A DNA stretch of 51,236 nt, filler included, from Stramenopiles sp. TOSAG23-2 (taxonomy: Eukaryota): assembly GCA_900128395.1 (NCBI GenBank). It is 2 parts of 2 records of this genome, joined end to end, with 100 filler letters (N's around TTAATTAATTAA, not from the genome) between each part and the next. Parts side by side here need not be neighbours in the genome. Positions count along the whole stretch, not along the records: positions 1 to 25,595 come from LT649452.1; 1 more part is not named here. One strand, 5' to 3'. Position 1 is the first letter of the stretch; each line of letters opens with the position of its first letter. The notes below the pieces were generated by a model. That model did not search any database and was not told where the DNA came from. It saw nothing but the letters and a program-made list of their open reading frames with translations. Shown one piece after another: positions 1 to 11,420 of the stretch. A program made the translations under genes and the position numbers.

Positions 1-289
1 TAAATTTACGGCCAGTAGATCTTTTTTTTATTTTTGGTTTTGATGTAAATCTGCCTGGACTTCTGCCTCTACCATAATTAAATTTACGGCCAGTAGATCT
101 TTTTTTTATTTTTGGTTTTGATGTAAATCTGCCTGGACTTCTGCCTCTACCATAATTAAATTTACGGCCAGTAGATCTTTTTTTTATTTTTGGTTTTGAT
201 GTAAATCTGCCTGGACTTCTGCCTCTACCATAATTAAATTTACGGCCAGTAGATCTTTTTTTTATTTTTGGTTTTGATGTAAATCTGCC
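1..289 (-). repeat. 78-bp perfect tandem repeat, ~3.7 copies, coding GRFTSKPKIKKRSTGRKFNYGRGRSP
   Basis: Unit starts at 1, 79, 157 and 235; period divisible by 3; open on the minus strand. Confidence 0.95.
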
Positions 290-1678
290 TCTAGATGTAG
301 ATGTTGGCTTACTCGTTGCAGGCCTTGGGCGTGGTCTTGGTCTCGGTCTAGGCCTTGGTCTTGGTCTTGGTCTCGGTCTCGGCCTTGGGCGTGGTCTTGG
401 TCTTGGACGCGGCCTTGGTCTTGGTCTTGGTCTTGGTCTTGGTCTTGGTCTCGGTCTTGGGCGCGGCCTTGGTCTCGGTCTAGGCCTTGGTCTTGGTCTT
501 GGTCTCGGTCTCGGTCTTGGGCGCGGCCTTGGTCTCGGTCTTGGGCGCGGCCTTGGTCTCGGTCTCGGCCTTGGTCTCGGCCTTGGGCGAGGTCTTGGTC
601 TCGGTCTTGACCTCCTTCGAGATGGTCTAGATCTTCTTCCTCCCCTACCACCAAACTTATCCACTGCACTTTCTGTTTCCAACAAACTCAATTGCATCCC
701 CTCTTTGCCATCATTATGACATTTAATATTAAATTTCGTTACCAACCCAGGCATAACATCGATACATTTGCATAATAAAACATTCTTATCATGACGTGAT
801 GGCACTACACTTAGTTTATTCAAATGATCTAGAAATTCTACAACATACTGACATGAAGCAGTTTTACGCATGTTTTCATTCATATGGCTACATGTATCTT
901 GAGACTTAGCCTTCACTTCATACGCAACAGTTTGAAACTCATACAAAGGTGTTTTTCCTAAATACAACCCATATTCTGTCAATGCATTCAACTTCTTTTC
1001 GTTGGTTGAAGGTCGTTCGCGAATGATAATTTTATTCCACAAACATCGTCTTTGCATATCTTTACCACCGGCACATGACAATTTGCATGCTTTTTGAGAA
1101 ATTTTAGCCCTATATTTTAATATATTCTTTCCATTATATATACGACATAAGTTCCTTCTTGGTCGTTTTCGGATTACTATTTTCTGGTTATCATGATCTG
1201 ATCCTTCCTGAGCGTCCTTATCGTCTTCCTGTTCACTACCAGATCCTTCCTGTTCACTACCAGATCCTTCCTGAGCGTCCTCATCGTCTTCATTTTCACT
1301 ACCAGATCCTTCCTGAGCGTCCTCATCGTCTTCATTTTCACTGCCAGATGCTTCCTGGGCGTCCTCATCGTCTTCCTGTTCACTGCCAGATGCTTCCTGG
1401 GCGTCCTCATCGTCTTCCTGTTCACTACCAGATCCTTCCTGATCAGTACCAGCAGCATGTATTTTTGCTTTATTCTTCGCTTGAATCATACTCATCATAT
1501 TCTTTTTATTAGCTAATGATGTTGCAAATGCTGCTTTCTTATCTTCTACATTTATAGATTGTCGATCTTTCATTTGTTGATCTATCGATGCACCATGTGT
1601 AGATATTATATTAAATATATACAATATTATTAAAATCAACAATGTTGTGACGGAAACATCTTTGATTTTTTTCTTCAT
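1..1678 (-). CDS. Secreted-type repetitive precursor (>=559 aa, truncated at the window edge): signal peptide, acidic repeats, Cys-rich domain, (RP)48, 26-aa basic repeats
   Basis: Manual translation from ATG at 1678 (MKKKIKDVSVTTLLILIILYIFNIISTHGASID...) found no stop down to position 2. It is absent from the ORF track, probably because it has no stop in the window. All variation in the RP tract is synonymous in this frame. Confidence 0.9.
   Translation of the reverse strand, partial: MKKKIKDVSVTTLLILIILYIFNIISTHGASIDQQMKDRQSINVEDKKAAFATSLANKKNMMSMIQAKNKAKIHAAGTDQEGSGSEQEDDEDAQEASGSEQEDDEDAQEASGSENEDDEDAQEGSGSENEDDEDAQEGSGSEQEGSGSEQEDDKDAQEGSDHDNQKIVIRKRPRRNLCRIYNGKNILKYRAKISQKACKLSCAGGKDMQRRCLWNKIIIRERPSTNEKKLNALTEYGLYLGKTPLYEFQTVAYEVKAKSQDTCSHMNENMRKTASCQYVVEFLDHLNKLSVVPSRHDKNVLLCKCIDVMPGLVTKFNIKCHNDGKEGMQLSLLETESAVDKFGGRGGRRSRPSRRRSRPRPRPRPRPRPRPRPRPRPRPRPRPRPRPRPRPRPRPRPRPRPRPRPRPRPRPRPRPRPRPRPRPRPRPRPRPRPRPRPRPRPRPRPRPRPRPRPATSKPTSTSRGRFTSKPKIKKRSTGRKFNYGRGRSPGRFTSKPKIKKRSTGRKFNYGRGRSPGRFTSKPKIKKRSTGRKFNYGRGRSPGRFTSKPKIKKRSTGRKF
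320..607 (-). repeat. Hexanucleotide-based coding repeat giving (Arg-Pro)48
   Basis: 288 nt read as alternating Arg (AGA/AGG/CGC/CGT) and Pro (CCA/CCG/CCT) codons without interruption. Confidence 0.95.
1200..1441 (-). repeat. ~42-bp coding repeat giving acidic QE(G/A)SGSE(Q/N)EDDEDA units
   Basis: Five to six imperfect copies, in frame with the 1678 ORF. Confidence 0.9.
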
Positions 1679-1777
1679 ATTATATCTAATCCTATGAAGT
1701 TACGTATACAAATATTAATATTTTTAAAATATATAATTATTATTCCTCTCACCAAGGATCTCCAACAATTAACGTTG

Positions 1778-1810
<33 letters not shown>

Positions 1811-2485
1811 CTGTCGCTATTATTCCTGCTACTGACAATAGACGATTATATATAATATAGTCTACGAGGATATATATAAACGATATACTATATCTGATTC
1901 TACATTACACAGAGTCTATATTAGTCTATAAAAAAAAGTCTAGCTGGCGAGGTAGGACTCCTACAAATAATATACCGCCCCTCTTTTTTTTTAGTGTTGC
2001 TAGTCTTTTTCTGAGGACTGAGGATCTGAGGACTGAGGATCGCTTTTCTCTATATACTTTATTATATACTAATTAGTATACGAGTCTTTATACTTGTAAA
2101 AATATATTTAATTATATCAGGCCAACTTTCTTCTTCATCAAATGATGTGATGAAGAAAATATTGAAGAATCGATCCGAAAATATTAGAATATAATAGGAA
2201 TAGCATTATAGCTTATTGATTTCGATCCCAATGGTCGTCCGTAGTAATTTTTTTAAAGACAAGCACGTGGCCGGCGTTGGTGTTCCGTGTTCCAAAAAAT
2301 CTTTATACCTTGAAGTGTAGCGAAAGATAGTACACACACACACAGGTAAACATACAACAGATAAATTGATTAAATATAATAATAATAACAATAATAATAT
2401 ATACAGAATTATTAAATAATATAACGAAAGAATAATAAAAACATATATATATACCTATATATTTTAAAATTAACAAAAAAAAAAG

Positions 2486-5400
2486 ATGAGTTCAATTACT
2501 GTGTTAGAAAGAAAAAAAAATGATATTGATCTTGCGGTAATGTCCTATTCCTATGCCTATTCATCATGTGTTGAAAATGAAAGATTAAAACATAGAAATA
2601 TAGGACGTAGTGCAACGCAACATGTTCAACAATCATTAAAAAGCTTTAAACAACAATGGGTCATGTATAAGTTGGAAAACTGTTTTTCATGTTTTTGTGA
2701 AGGCAAAAAATATGCAAATCAATTAACATTTGCGAGAGTCGACGGGGTGATAAACGCAAAAATTAATTATAATATGGACAATAACAACTATAATGATGAA
2801 AACTGGAAAACATTTTTTGCTATTCCCATACAACGCTGGTTTAAAAAAGTACACGCAGTTGAAATAAAAGTATTGAAAGACAAAAATGAAAATGAATTTA
2901 TAGCTGCAAGAAAAATACAACGTTATTGGAGGTCTATTTTTCCAAAAAATATAATTAAAAATACTTTAAACAAGGCAAAGAATTTGAAAGATTTTTGTGA
3001 TATTGCTAGTGCAATGGAATATAAAGATCAAGGCAAAACGTTATTAGCAGTTTCAAGAATAATAATCCATTCAAAATATTTCAAGGAAACCTACAATTTT
3101 CAAACGGTTCCCGATTATCTTGTAAAACTAGTTGAAAAAATTTATTCGAAAGTCCATAAATTGACAAAAGTATGGAACAATATGGCAACCAAATCTAATA
3201 ATAATAATAATAGTAGTAGTAGTATTGGTAGTGATGCTTTTTACCATTATCGTTGTAAGATTGGTTCAAGGGCACTTTATAAAATTATATCTTGGATATT
3301 GAAAATAGATCATCAAAATACATCTAAATTAAGCAATAAAGAAGATGTTAAACGAATTTATTCCATATTTAAAAAAACAATGAAAATGGGTGATATTATA
3401 AAAGCAGGAACAACAAATGAGATTAGCATTGAAAATGATAATAATAATAATAATTCAAACAAAGAAATTAATGATGGAAATTTCGTAAAAGTTAATAATC
3501 AATTAATTGATGAATCATTTGAGTTAAATAGTGAAGATAGCGATGATGATATTGCCACAGATGAAGTACTTTCGTCCTCTGACGACGATGATGATGACGA
3601 TGATGATAATGATATGCCAAAGTATAGGGTAGGAGATCGCATTGAAGCAAAAGTTAGTGGATGGAAAAAATACTATGGCGGTGAGGTGATATTTGTAAAT
3701 GAGGATGATGAAACATATGATTTAAAGTTTGACAATGGTGAACGTAAACGTGGTGTTGATGTTAAATATATCAGACAGATAGGTGAGAAAACGTCAAAGA
3801 GCGAAAAAAAGTCGAAAATCAAGCAAAAGCAAAAAAAACTCAAAGAAATTACTTGGAGTAAAAAGACAAACTTAAGACCAATTTCAAATAGCCGCAATGA
3901 TTTTACTATTGGTTTTAACAAATCAAGTAATAATTGGGAATCGGTTATTTCAGATACCAAATTGAAAATACCAAAAGGCTATAACATGAAAATAAGTTTT
4001 GATGTACCAGACCCTTGTGATGGAACCAATACGTGGGGATATTGTGTCTGTGTTGGGAAAGATAAAAAAACACACACTACAAACTTTGAAAAAAGTTTTC
4101 CAGGTGCTGTGAACGATTCTATTGGTTTTTCTTGGATATTGTTAGATGGTGGATTGTTACACGATGGTAAGAAAAAAGATATTTATCATCAAAAAAAGTC
4201 AAAACTCACCAAGGGGCAAAATGGATATATCATTATCGATCCAACTGCTACAACTCCTAGTGGCCATTTCCAATGCTATGGAAACGATGGTACAAAGTTT
4301 TTTTCTGGTGGTCAATGGTGGGATAATGGTATGTATTTAAGTATATATATATCCAAAAAATCTGCATTAAACTTGAAAGTAGAGTTGGTATCATCTGGAA
4401 AGACGAAGGGGAAAAAAATTTCTTCTAGGAAAAAAAAAAGTAAAGAAAAGAAAAAAACAAAGAAGGGAAAAAGAAGAAATAAATCTTTTGATCAGGCAAA
4501 ATTCAATGCAGTTAAAAAGAAGCATGGGAATAATGATGATGCACTAGTAAAGTGTTGTAAAGATGGAACATTTGATGAAGCAAAACTTTTAATTGATGGA
4601 GGTATGGATGTTAATCGAAAAGCTCCTACTATATATGACAATACTGCGTTAACAAGAGCTGCTGCTAGTGGTAAATTGGAAATATGCAAATATTTACTAA
4701 ATGAATGCGGTGCAGATGTAAACTTAGGTGGCTATAAAAATCGAAGTGCACTTATCATGTGTTGCTGGGAAGGTCATGAAAATATAGTAAAATTTTTTTT
4801 AGAACAACCTGATATTGAAGTTACGCTAACAAGACCAGATGAAACTGGTGTTACTCCATTAAGTAAGGCAAAAACAACAAAAATAAGGAATCTAGTGCAA
4901 TTCAGGATAGATAACAAACCTAAGAAGAAAAAGAGACTTACTAAAAGGAAATCTTCTACGAAAAAACGAAGTGTAACGAATAATGGAAGCAGTAGAAAAG
5001 GAAATCAAATTTTAGATATTAAAGAGCTTGATTTAAATACGGATATAAATACAGAAGATGGTGCAGAGAAGTTGTTAGATGCAATTTCTAGAACATTGAT
5101 TCTTCGTGGTGCACAAAATTTAACATCATTTGGCATGAAACTAACGGATTTGGTTGATATACTTAGCGATTCAAAAACAGGTCGTAAAACAATTGCTAAT
5201 AATACTGTAAACGCTCGTATTGATACCTTTTCTACACTTACCAACAAAACATTGCTTTGTGCAGAATTAAGCGACGATGGGAAAAAAGTAATATTTGTAG
5301 CATTAGCGAATAAAACCGATGCAGTAAAATTTGAATATCGTGGGAAAACATCAACTGCAGGTTCATGGACCAAATTATCTGCTACATATAATGCCACTGA

Positions 5401-8400
5401 AAAACTTTGGAAATCTAGTACTTGGTCAAAAGGCAATACACAGTATCATCAACGTTTGTCGATTAATGGGGAGGTTGTAGATACTACTGATGAAGCAGAA
5501 GCATTATCTCGGAAACCAATGTCATATGCGGAACAAATAGAGAGCCAAAAGGTACGAAATAAAATCATAAGCCTTTATCGATGTTACGATCCTATTTCGT
5601 TAGAGTTAGTAGAACAAGATTTAGATGAACTTGATGGTGTTAAGGAAGAACAAGAATTCTTAGAAACGCTTCAAAAGGAATTTAGTACTATAGAAAAACC
5701 AATTGAAAATGTAATTGATTTAAAATTAAAAAATGAATGGGATTTAGAAGAATATGGCGACATTGAGGATTTTTTACGAGATTACAGGGAATATTTTACT
5801 TGTGATGGTAAAGAAATTAATGATGAAATGACCATGTCATTATGGCCAGGATCTAAATGCTGGAGCTGCGGGAAAACAGGAACAATATGTAAACAGCTTC
5901 ATCCAAAAAGTGCAAATAAATCACGAAACGATGCATATGCAAAGAATGGATGGTTTGCCGTATGTGATGCTCACAAAACCTATAATCCTGATGCGTCCAA
6001 AAATTATGGTCCATTACCAGACACGGGTACTGAGTTTGATGGTGATTCTATCATTGCTTTAAAACCTGGCATTGCAGATGAAGTATATAAGGAATATGTT
6101 GGGTATTTATTGTCAAAGAAATTTCCAATGAAAACAAAACCAATTGAAAAAAAGAAAAGTTTAGCATTATTGAAAGCAGAACGTGAACAGCGCCAAAAGT
6201 CTATTGTAGCAGCAAAAACATCTTTGAAAATTCTTGAGATTATGGCTGAAAATTTAAAGAAATTAAAAAATGGTGTTGATCAAACAGATAATTCAAGTAA
6301 TGCTATGAAAATTTTCTTTCGGGACTTATTTGGTTACATTGTTTGTACTGTGATACCGACAATTGGCAACGAAGATAAAACACTAATAAAGTCAGCAGAA
6401 TGGGCTATTATTCCATTGTTAAATTCGTTATCAAAAACAAATGAATTTGATATGAAAAAAATTGAACCGTTTATGATTTTATATTTTCATCCATACAAAA
6501 CAATACATGATAAAATTAAATCAAAGAGTATTTTGTCAAAACTGAATTGTATACAAAAATTTTTTTCCTTGCATTCTCCTAAAGTTTTTGCTGCAATAGA
6601 AGCTAGAAGAAGATTGAAAATATTTATTAAACGTCTTCGTGTTATGAAAAAGAGAGGTACTATAGGTAAAATTGATTTCTACGAAATCTGGAATGCTATT
6701 GTGGAGTACAAAGATGAGGAAGAGAATAAAAAAAATAAAAGTACAGGGAACATTGATGATACCAACCTCAAGTTAGCAATCGAGGGCTTAATTCAAACAA
6801 CGCTACGTCGTAGAGCGCCAGAAATACGCAAAGAAGCCGCGATGCGTTTAAAAGAAGATGAATCAAAACGAGCAAGTATGCATTCAAAATCTGCATATAC
6901 TCAAAGAATCATAAATATGATGGGATTTCGCAGTAGGGAGGCTGATAAAATTGGAGATTTATGCGCAATGCAAGAGAAACTAGTCGGTTTTGAAGAAGTT
7001 AAAAGTTTCTGCAATGCTATTGTTGAAGATGCTCTTGGTAGAAATACGTTAAATGAGAATCGACCTTTACGACATGTATTGATCAGTGGAAATCCTGGAA
7101 CTGGTAAAAGAACTGCTGCGTATTTATTTGCAAAATGGTTTTACTATACACAAGCAAAGAAAAAAAGGAGCTTGTCGAAAAAAGATGTCAAATTTCCAGC
7201 TAAAGGTTCCAAATGTAAATTGGCAAAAGATTATAAAAAAGATAAAGAAGCGGAAAAGGGGCCTTTGAAACCAGGAGAAATTGCAGTAATAGAAACTGGT
7301 TCAACGCACAGCACAGCAGTTACTATTAAAGGATGGTCGTATAAGGTCAACATATTAGTTCCAGTGGTAAACAAAGCTGGGGAATGTATCAATATTTATA
7401 ATATTGATGATTTAGAAGAGCAAATTGAAACGAATGATGAGAAATTTGTTACATTTTATTGGTCAATAATTAACCCAGACGAAGTAAAAGAAAAAAAGAC
7501 TTTGATGAAAGTCAGTGCACTTCTGACAATGGCATTAGCAAAGCAAATTCGTGTCATAATAGGTGCTCATGATGTTGTTATACAACGATTGGCACCATTA
7601 CCATGTTATCGAGCTTTTGAAGCAAGTGTCATGAAATTGCCTATTTTATCTTCCTCAAATTTAGCAAAGATATCATTGATGCGTTTAGAGGAAAAAGGAT
7701 ATAGCCTTGCTGCAGATGATGATCGTCGTAACAGGCTTTCAACAATGAAAAGGATTGTAAGAAGCAAATATGATAGCGCATCTATTCAAGCTAGAAATGC
7801 ATATTTAGCAGATGATTGTATTGAATTGGCTATTTCTAGAAAGAATAGGCGTATTTTGGAGAATATAGAGGAGCGCAACGATTACGATAAAGCTCCATTG
7901 GTACTTACGGTAACAGATTTTGATGTGAAAACGACGACTGCACAAGAGAGAGATCGACTAAGAAAGGATATCGATGAAAAAATTGAAAGCATGTTAGGTT
8001 GGGGTGTTGAGGAGGAACATGGAACGCCTAGATGGTGGTTTGCAAGAATGAGAGAACTAATTGAACAGGCAGAAAACGATGAACATAATCTTGAATTAGA
8101 AGACATTTTAGAGAATACTTCCATTTCCAAATCTCAAGATGATCAAAAAGATGACTTAGCGCCACCAAAAATTAAGCTTAAAAGAAGCATTTCATACGAT
8201 GATGAAGCTGGTATTCAAACTTCGTCCCTTCGTCCTTGGGAATTCAATACTATTATTGAAGGCAATGAAGGAGTAGGGAAAAGTTTATTTGCACAAGTAG
8301 CAACAGAATTTCTATTTGCATATAGTATTTTGCCAACCAACAAGATGATGAAACAGATAGGCCAACCATCAATGGCATTTGATACTTTGAAAAAAACGGA

Positions 8401-10941
8401 TGGTGCATTATTAATTGCCCAAGCGGAGAAAATAATGCCAAATTTACAACAAGCAGCAAATAATTTAGATGCTCCATTAGATGCTGGTGCAAATATTGCT
8501 GAACATGCTACAAAACCAAACACATTCATAGCATTATCCTGCCCAGTTGGTAGTGCCATTGGTACTTTAAATTCACATGTTGATTTGAAATCTAAGGTAC
8601 CGTTTAGTGTGAAAATGCCTGATCCAGAAATTTATACATTAGTATTGATTGCAACTAAATATTGTGCTGAGAAACGTGGTGTTTATTTTGAAAAAGGATT
8701 AGATGTAAAGTTGAAGAAATATTTAGAAGATACATACAGCTCAAAACCAGAGGGTGGTGTCCGATTTATTCAACAATTAGTTGATCAAGCTCTCCTTCGA
8801 AGAAGTGAACGAAGAGCAGCCCATCAAACTGGTCAAAAAGCAAGTATATGTTTGATACCATCTGATTTTGAAATTGGAAAAGAATTAGGTGACCCGGAGG
8901 AAATCAAGAAAATTATGGATGAAGTAAATGGCTTGATTGGCATGTCAAATGCAAAAGAATGGCTAGAAAAAATTAAAAAAAACATTGAATTTGTAAATAT
9001 TACTGGAGATCGCAGAACCATTAAACGATGCTATAATTTAGTCTTGACTGGTGCTCCAGGAACAGGTAAAACGACGTTTGCAAGAATGGTTCATAAATTT
9101 TTAAAAGCACATGGTGTTCTAACTGGGGAATTTATAGAAAAAAATGCATTGGAGCTGAAAGGTGAATACGTTGGAAGTACGACGCCACTTGTGAAAGCAT
9201 GTTTTAAGGATGCGAAAAATGGCACATTGTTTTTGGATGAAGCTTACTCATTAGCTAGTGAAAATGGTGGATCTGGTGATATATTCTCCAAAGAAGCTGT
9301 TCGAACATTGTTAACGGAAACTGAAAACAATCGAACTGGTACAGTCGTCATCATGGCTGGGTATGAAGATAAAATGAAACGATTTATGAGAGAAGATCCA
9401 GGATTACCAAGGCGATTTCCAGAATATTTGCATTTGGAAAACTATAGCACTACTGAAATTGCAGATATTGCAGAATATGTTGCACAAACTCGGTATGGTC
9501 GCCAATTTGAAGATGGTTTGAAAGAAAAACTTGCAAAACATGTTGGGATAACATATCGTCGACAAATTGAAGAACAAAATGGTGGACTTGCAGTGAACCT
9601 TGTACAAGATGCAAATAAAGAGCAACAAAATAGATTATTAAATTCGATAACTGAAGTCCAAGGTGTTGATCGGAAACAGCAATTGTTAGAAGCTGCTACT
9701 ATTTTAACTGCTGAAGATTTTGGTATCGCTGAATTGGGTAAAGGAACACTTGGAGCTGGTGAAATGTTAAAAGCGGAAGCAGAAGAAAAAGTTGGAAACT
9801 TAGTGTCGATGGTAGAAGTTAAGAAGTTTTTCGCCAAAATGAAGAACACTGCTAAATTTGTAGAAAAGACCGGAAATTCTGCTCCATTATTTAGTTGTAT
9901 GAATCTGGTCTTAATGGGCAATGCTGGTACTGGTAAATCTACTACAGCTCGAATTATTGGTGAATATTTGTATGCATATGGCATTTTACAAAGTGGTACT
10001 TTTCATGAAGTAAATGCGTTACATTTAAAGGGACAATATATGGGACAAACAGCACATCGAGTTTCCGAAATTGTGAAAGATGCTTTGGGTGGATGCTTAT
10101 TCATCGATGAAGCGTATAGCTTAGTATCGGATGGAGGAGATTCATATGGACGTGAGGTTGTTCGCACTTTATTAACTGAAGTTGAAAATCATCGATCTGA
10201 ATTATTGGTAATCTTAGCGGGATATGAAGGTCCAATGGAAAACTTGCTTGATGCAGATCCAGGATTGAGAAGACGCTTTAGTACTCGTTTATTATTGCCA
10301 AATTATAGCGGAAAAGAGTTGGCTAAAATTGCAAAATTAGAGGCAAAACGAAAAGGATTATTATTTGAAGAAGGTTTAGAAGAAAATCTTGGAAAGTACA
10401 TTGAATTTGCTCATTTTGATGATATGGAAGATCAAAATGGAGGCCTTGCCGTGAATTTAGTTGAAAGGGCATTAGAGCGTTTGGCAGATCGATTAATTAA
10501 TCAAGACTTGCCTGATGAAGAAATAAGAAAATTAGGTAGGACATTTACAATTTAGTTGAAAGGGCATTAGAGCGTTTGGCAGATCGATTAATTAATCAAG
10601 ACTTGCCTGATGAAGAAATAAGAAAATTAGGTAGGACATTTACAGCAGCAGATTTTGATATTGATTTTACGAAAAATATATCAACCACCATGAAGAAAAA
10701 ACGCAGCAGCAGTAGAAAACATGGTTGCAAACACAATGCATGTGATGTAAGTGATAACAATCATAACCACAACTATCCTCGGAATCAGCCAGTAGCACCA
10801 AACAGTAATTTAACCGTTTTTGCCCCACCAATTCTTACAGTGAGGACTCGTCCACCTAGAGTTAAAAAAACTCCAGGTGGCGGTGGATCCAATTCACGAG
10901 TAAAAGAAGCACCAACTCAAGAACAAGTTGAAGAAGAATAT

Positions 10942-10973
<32 letters not shown>

Positions 10974-11166
10974 TAGGAAAGAAATGACCGAAGCAGAAGC
11001 ACTGGAAAAATTGAAAGAAATCGGAGTATGCCCACAAAGTTATCAATGGATTCGTGGAATTTATGAAAATCAAACATGTCAGAAATGCAATTGTCCATTT
11101 AATAATGGATATCGTTGTGCTGGTGGTACACATTATGTCTGCATATCATGCGTTAATTCGGCATAA
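2486..11166 (+). CDS. Giant multidomain protein with four CbxX/CfxQ(SpoVK)-like AAA+ modules; ~2861 aa once the 95-bp duplication is removed
   Basis: IQ-like AARKIQRYWR; Tudor/Agenet-like YRVGDRIEAK..YDLKFDNGE; SPRY-like region; ankyrin repeats (TALTRAAASGKLEICKYLL). Walker A motifs at 7088, 8261, 9050 and 9917; LFxDEAY and DPGLxRRF in modules 3 and 4; C-terminal CPQSYQW...GYRCAGGTH. ORFs 2486..10555 and 10576..11166 join in frame when one duplicate copy is deleted. Confidence 0.88.
10455..10644 (+). repeat. Perfect 95-bp tandem duplication causing a frameshift (likely assembly overlap)
   Basis: 10455-10549 is identical to 10550-10644; 95 is not a multiple of 3. Confidence 0.93.
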
Positions 11167-11202
11167 AGAGAGGTGGGTGGAATATATAAAAAATTAAGTT
11201 AA

Positions 11203-11420
11203 AATATTGAGTATTTTAAAATAAAATATGCAACACGTATATGATTACTTTTAATTACGCGATTTAGATGGATAATTCGAACCGAAACTTACACCACTAT
11301 CCTTTTTTTTTAATATTGAGTATTTTAAAATAAAATATGCAACACGTATATGATTACTTTTAATTACGCGATTTAGATGGATAATTCGAACCGAAACTTA
11401 CACCACTATCCTTTTTTTTT
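11203..11420. repeat. Perfect 109-bp tandem duplication (likely assembly overlap)
   Basis: 11203-11311 is identical to 11312-11420. Confidence 0.93.

Noticed and set aside
1-289. 78-bp repeat as a CRISPR array or telomeric/satellite repeat
   Set aside because: No unique spacers, no cas genes, eukaryotic context, and the period is an in-frame 26 codons
262-669. ORF-track protein rich in DQDR repeats
   Set aside because: Wrong frame of the same strand. Base changes are non-synonymous here but synonymous in the RP frame, which is continuous with the ATG at 1678.
1159-1512. Repetitive ORFs 1159..1512 (+) and 1177..1458 (-)
   Set aside because: Shadow frames of the 42-bp acidic coding repeat
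8930-10555. CbbX Rubisco activase or SpoVK as a functional call
   Set aside because: The AAA units are embedded four times in a ~2,860-aa multidomain protein with no recognisable plastid-targeting leader and no Rubisco genes nearby; only the fold family is shared
10576-11166. Separate 196-aa gene
   Set aside because: Starts at a TTG inside the duplicated 95 bp and continues the upstream protein in frame once the duplicate is removed
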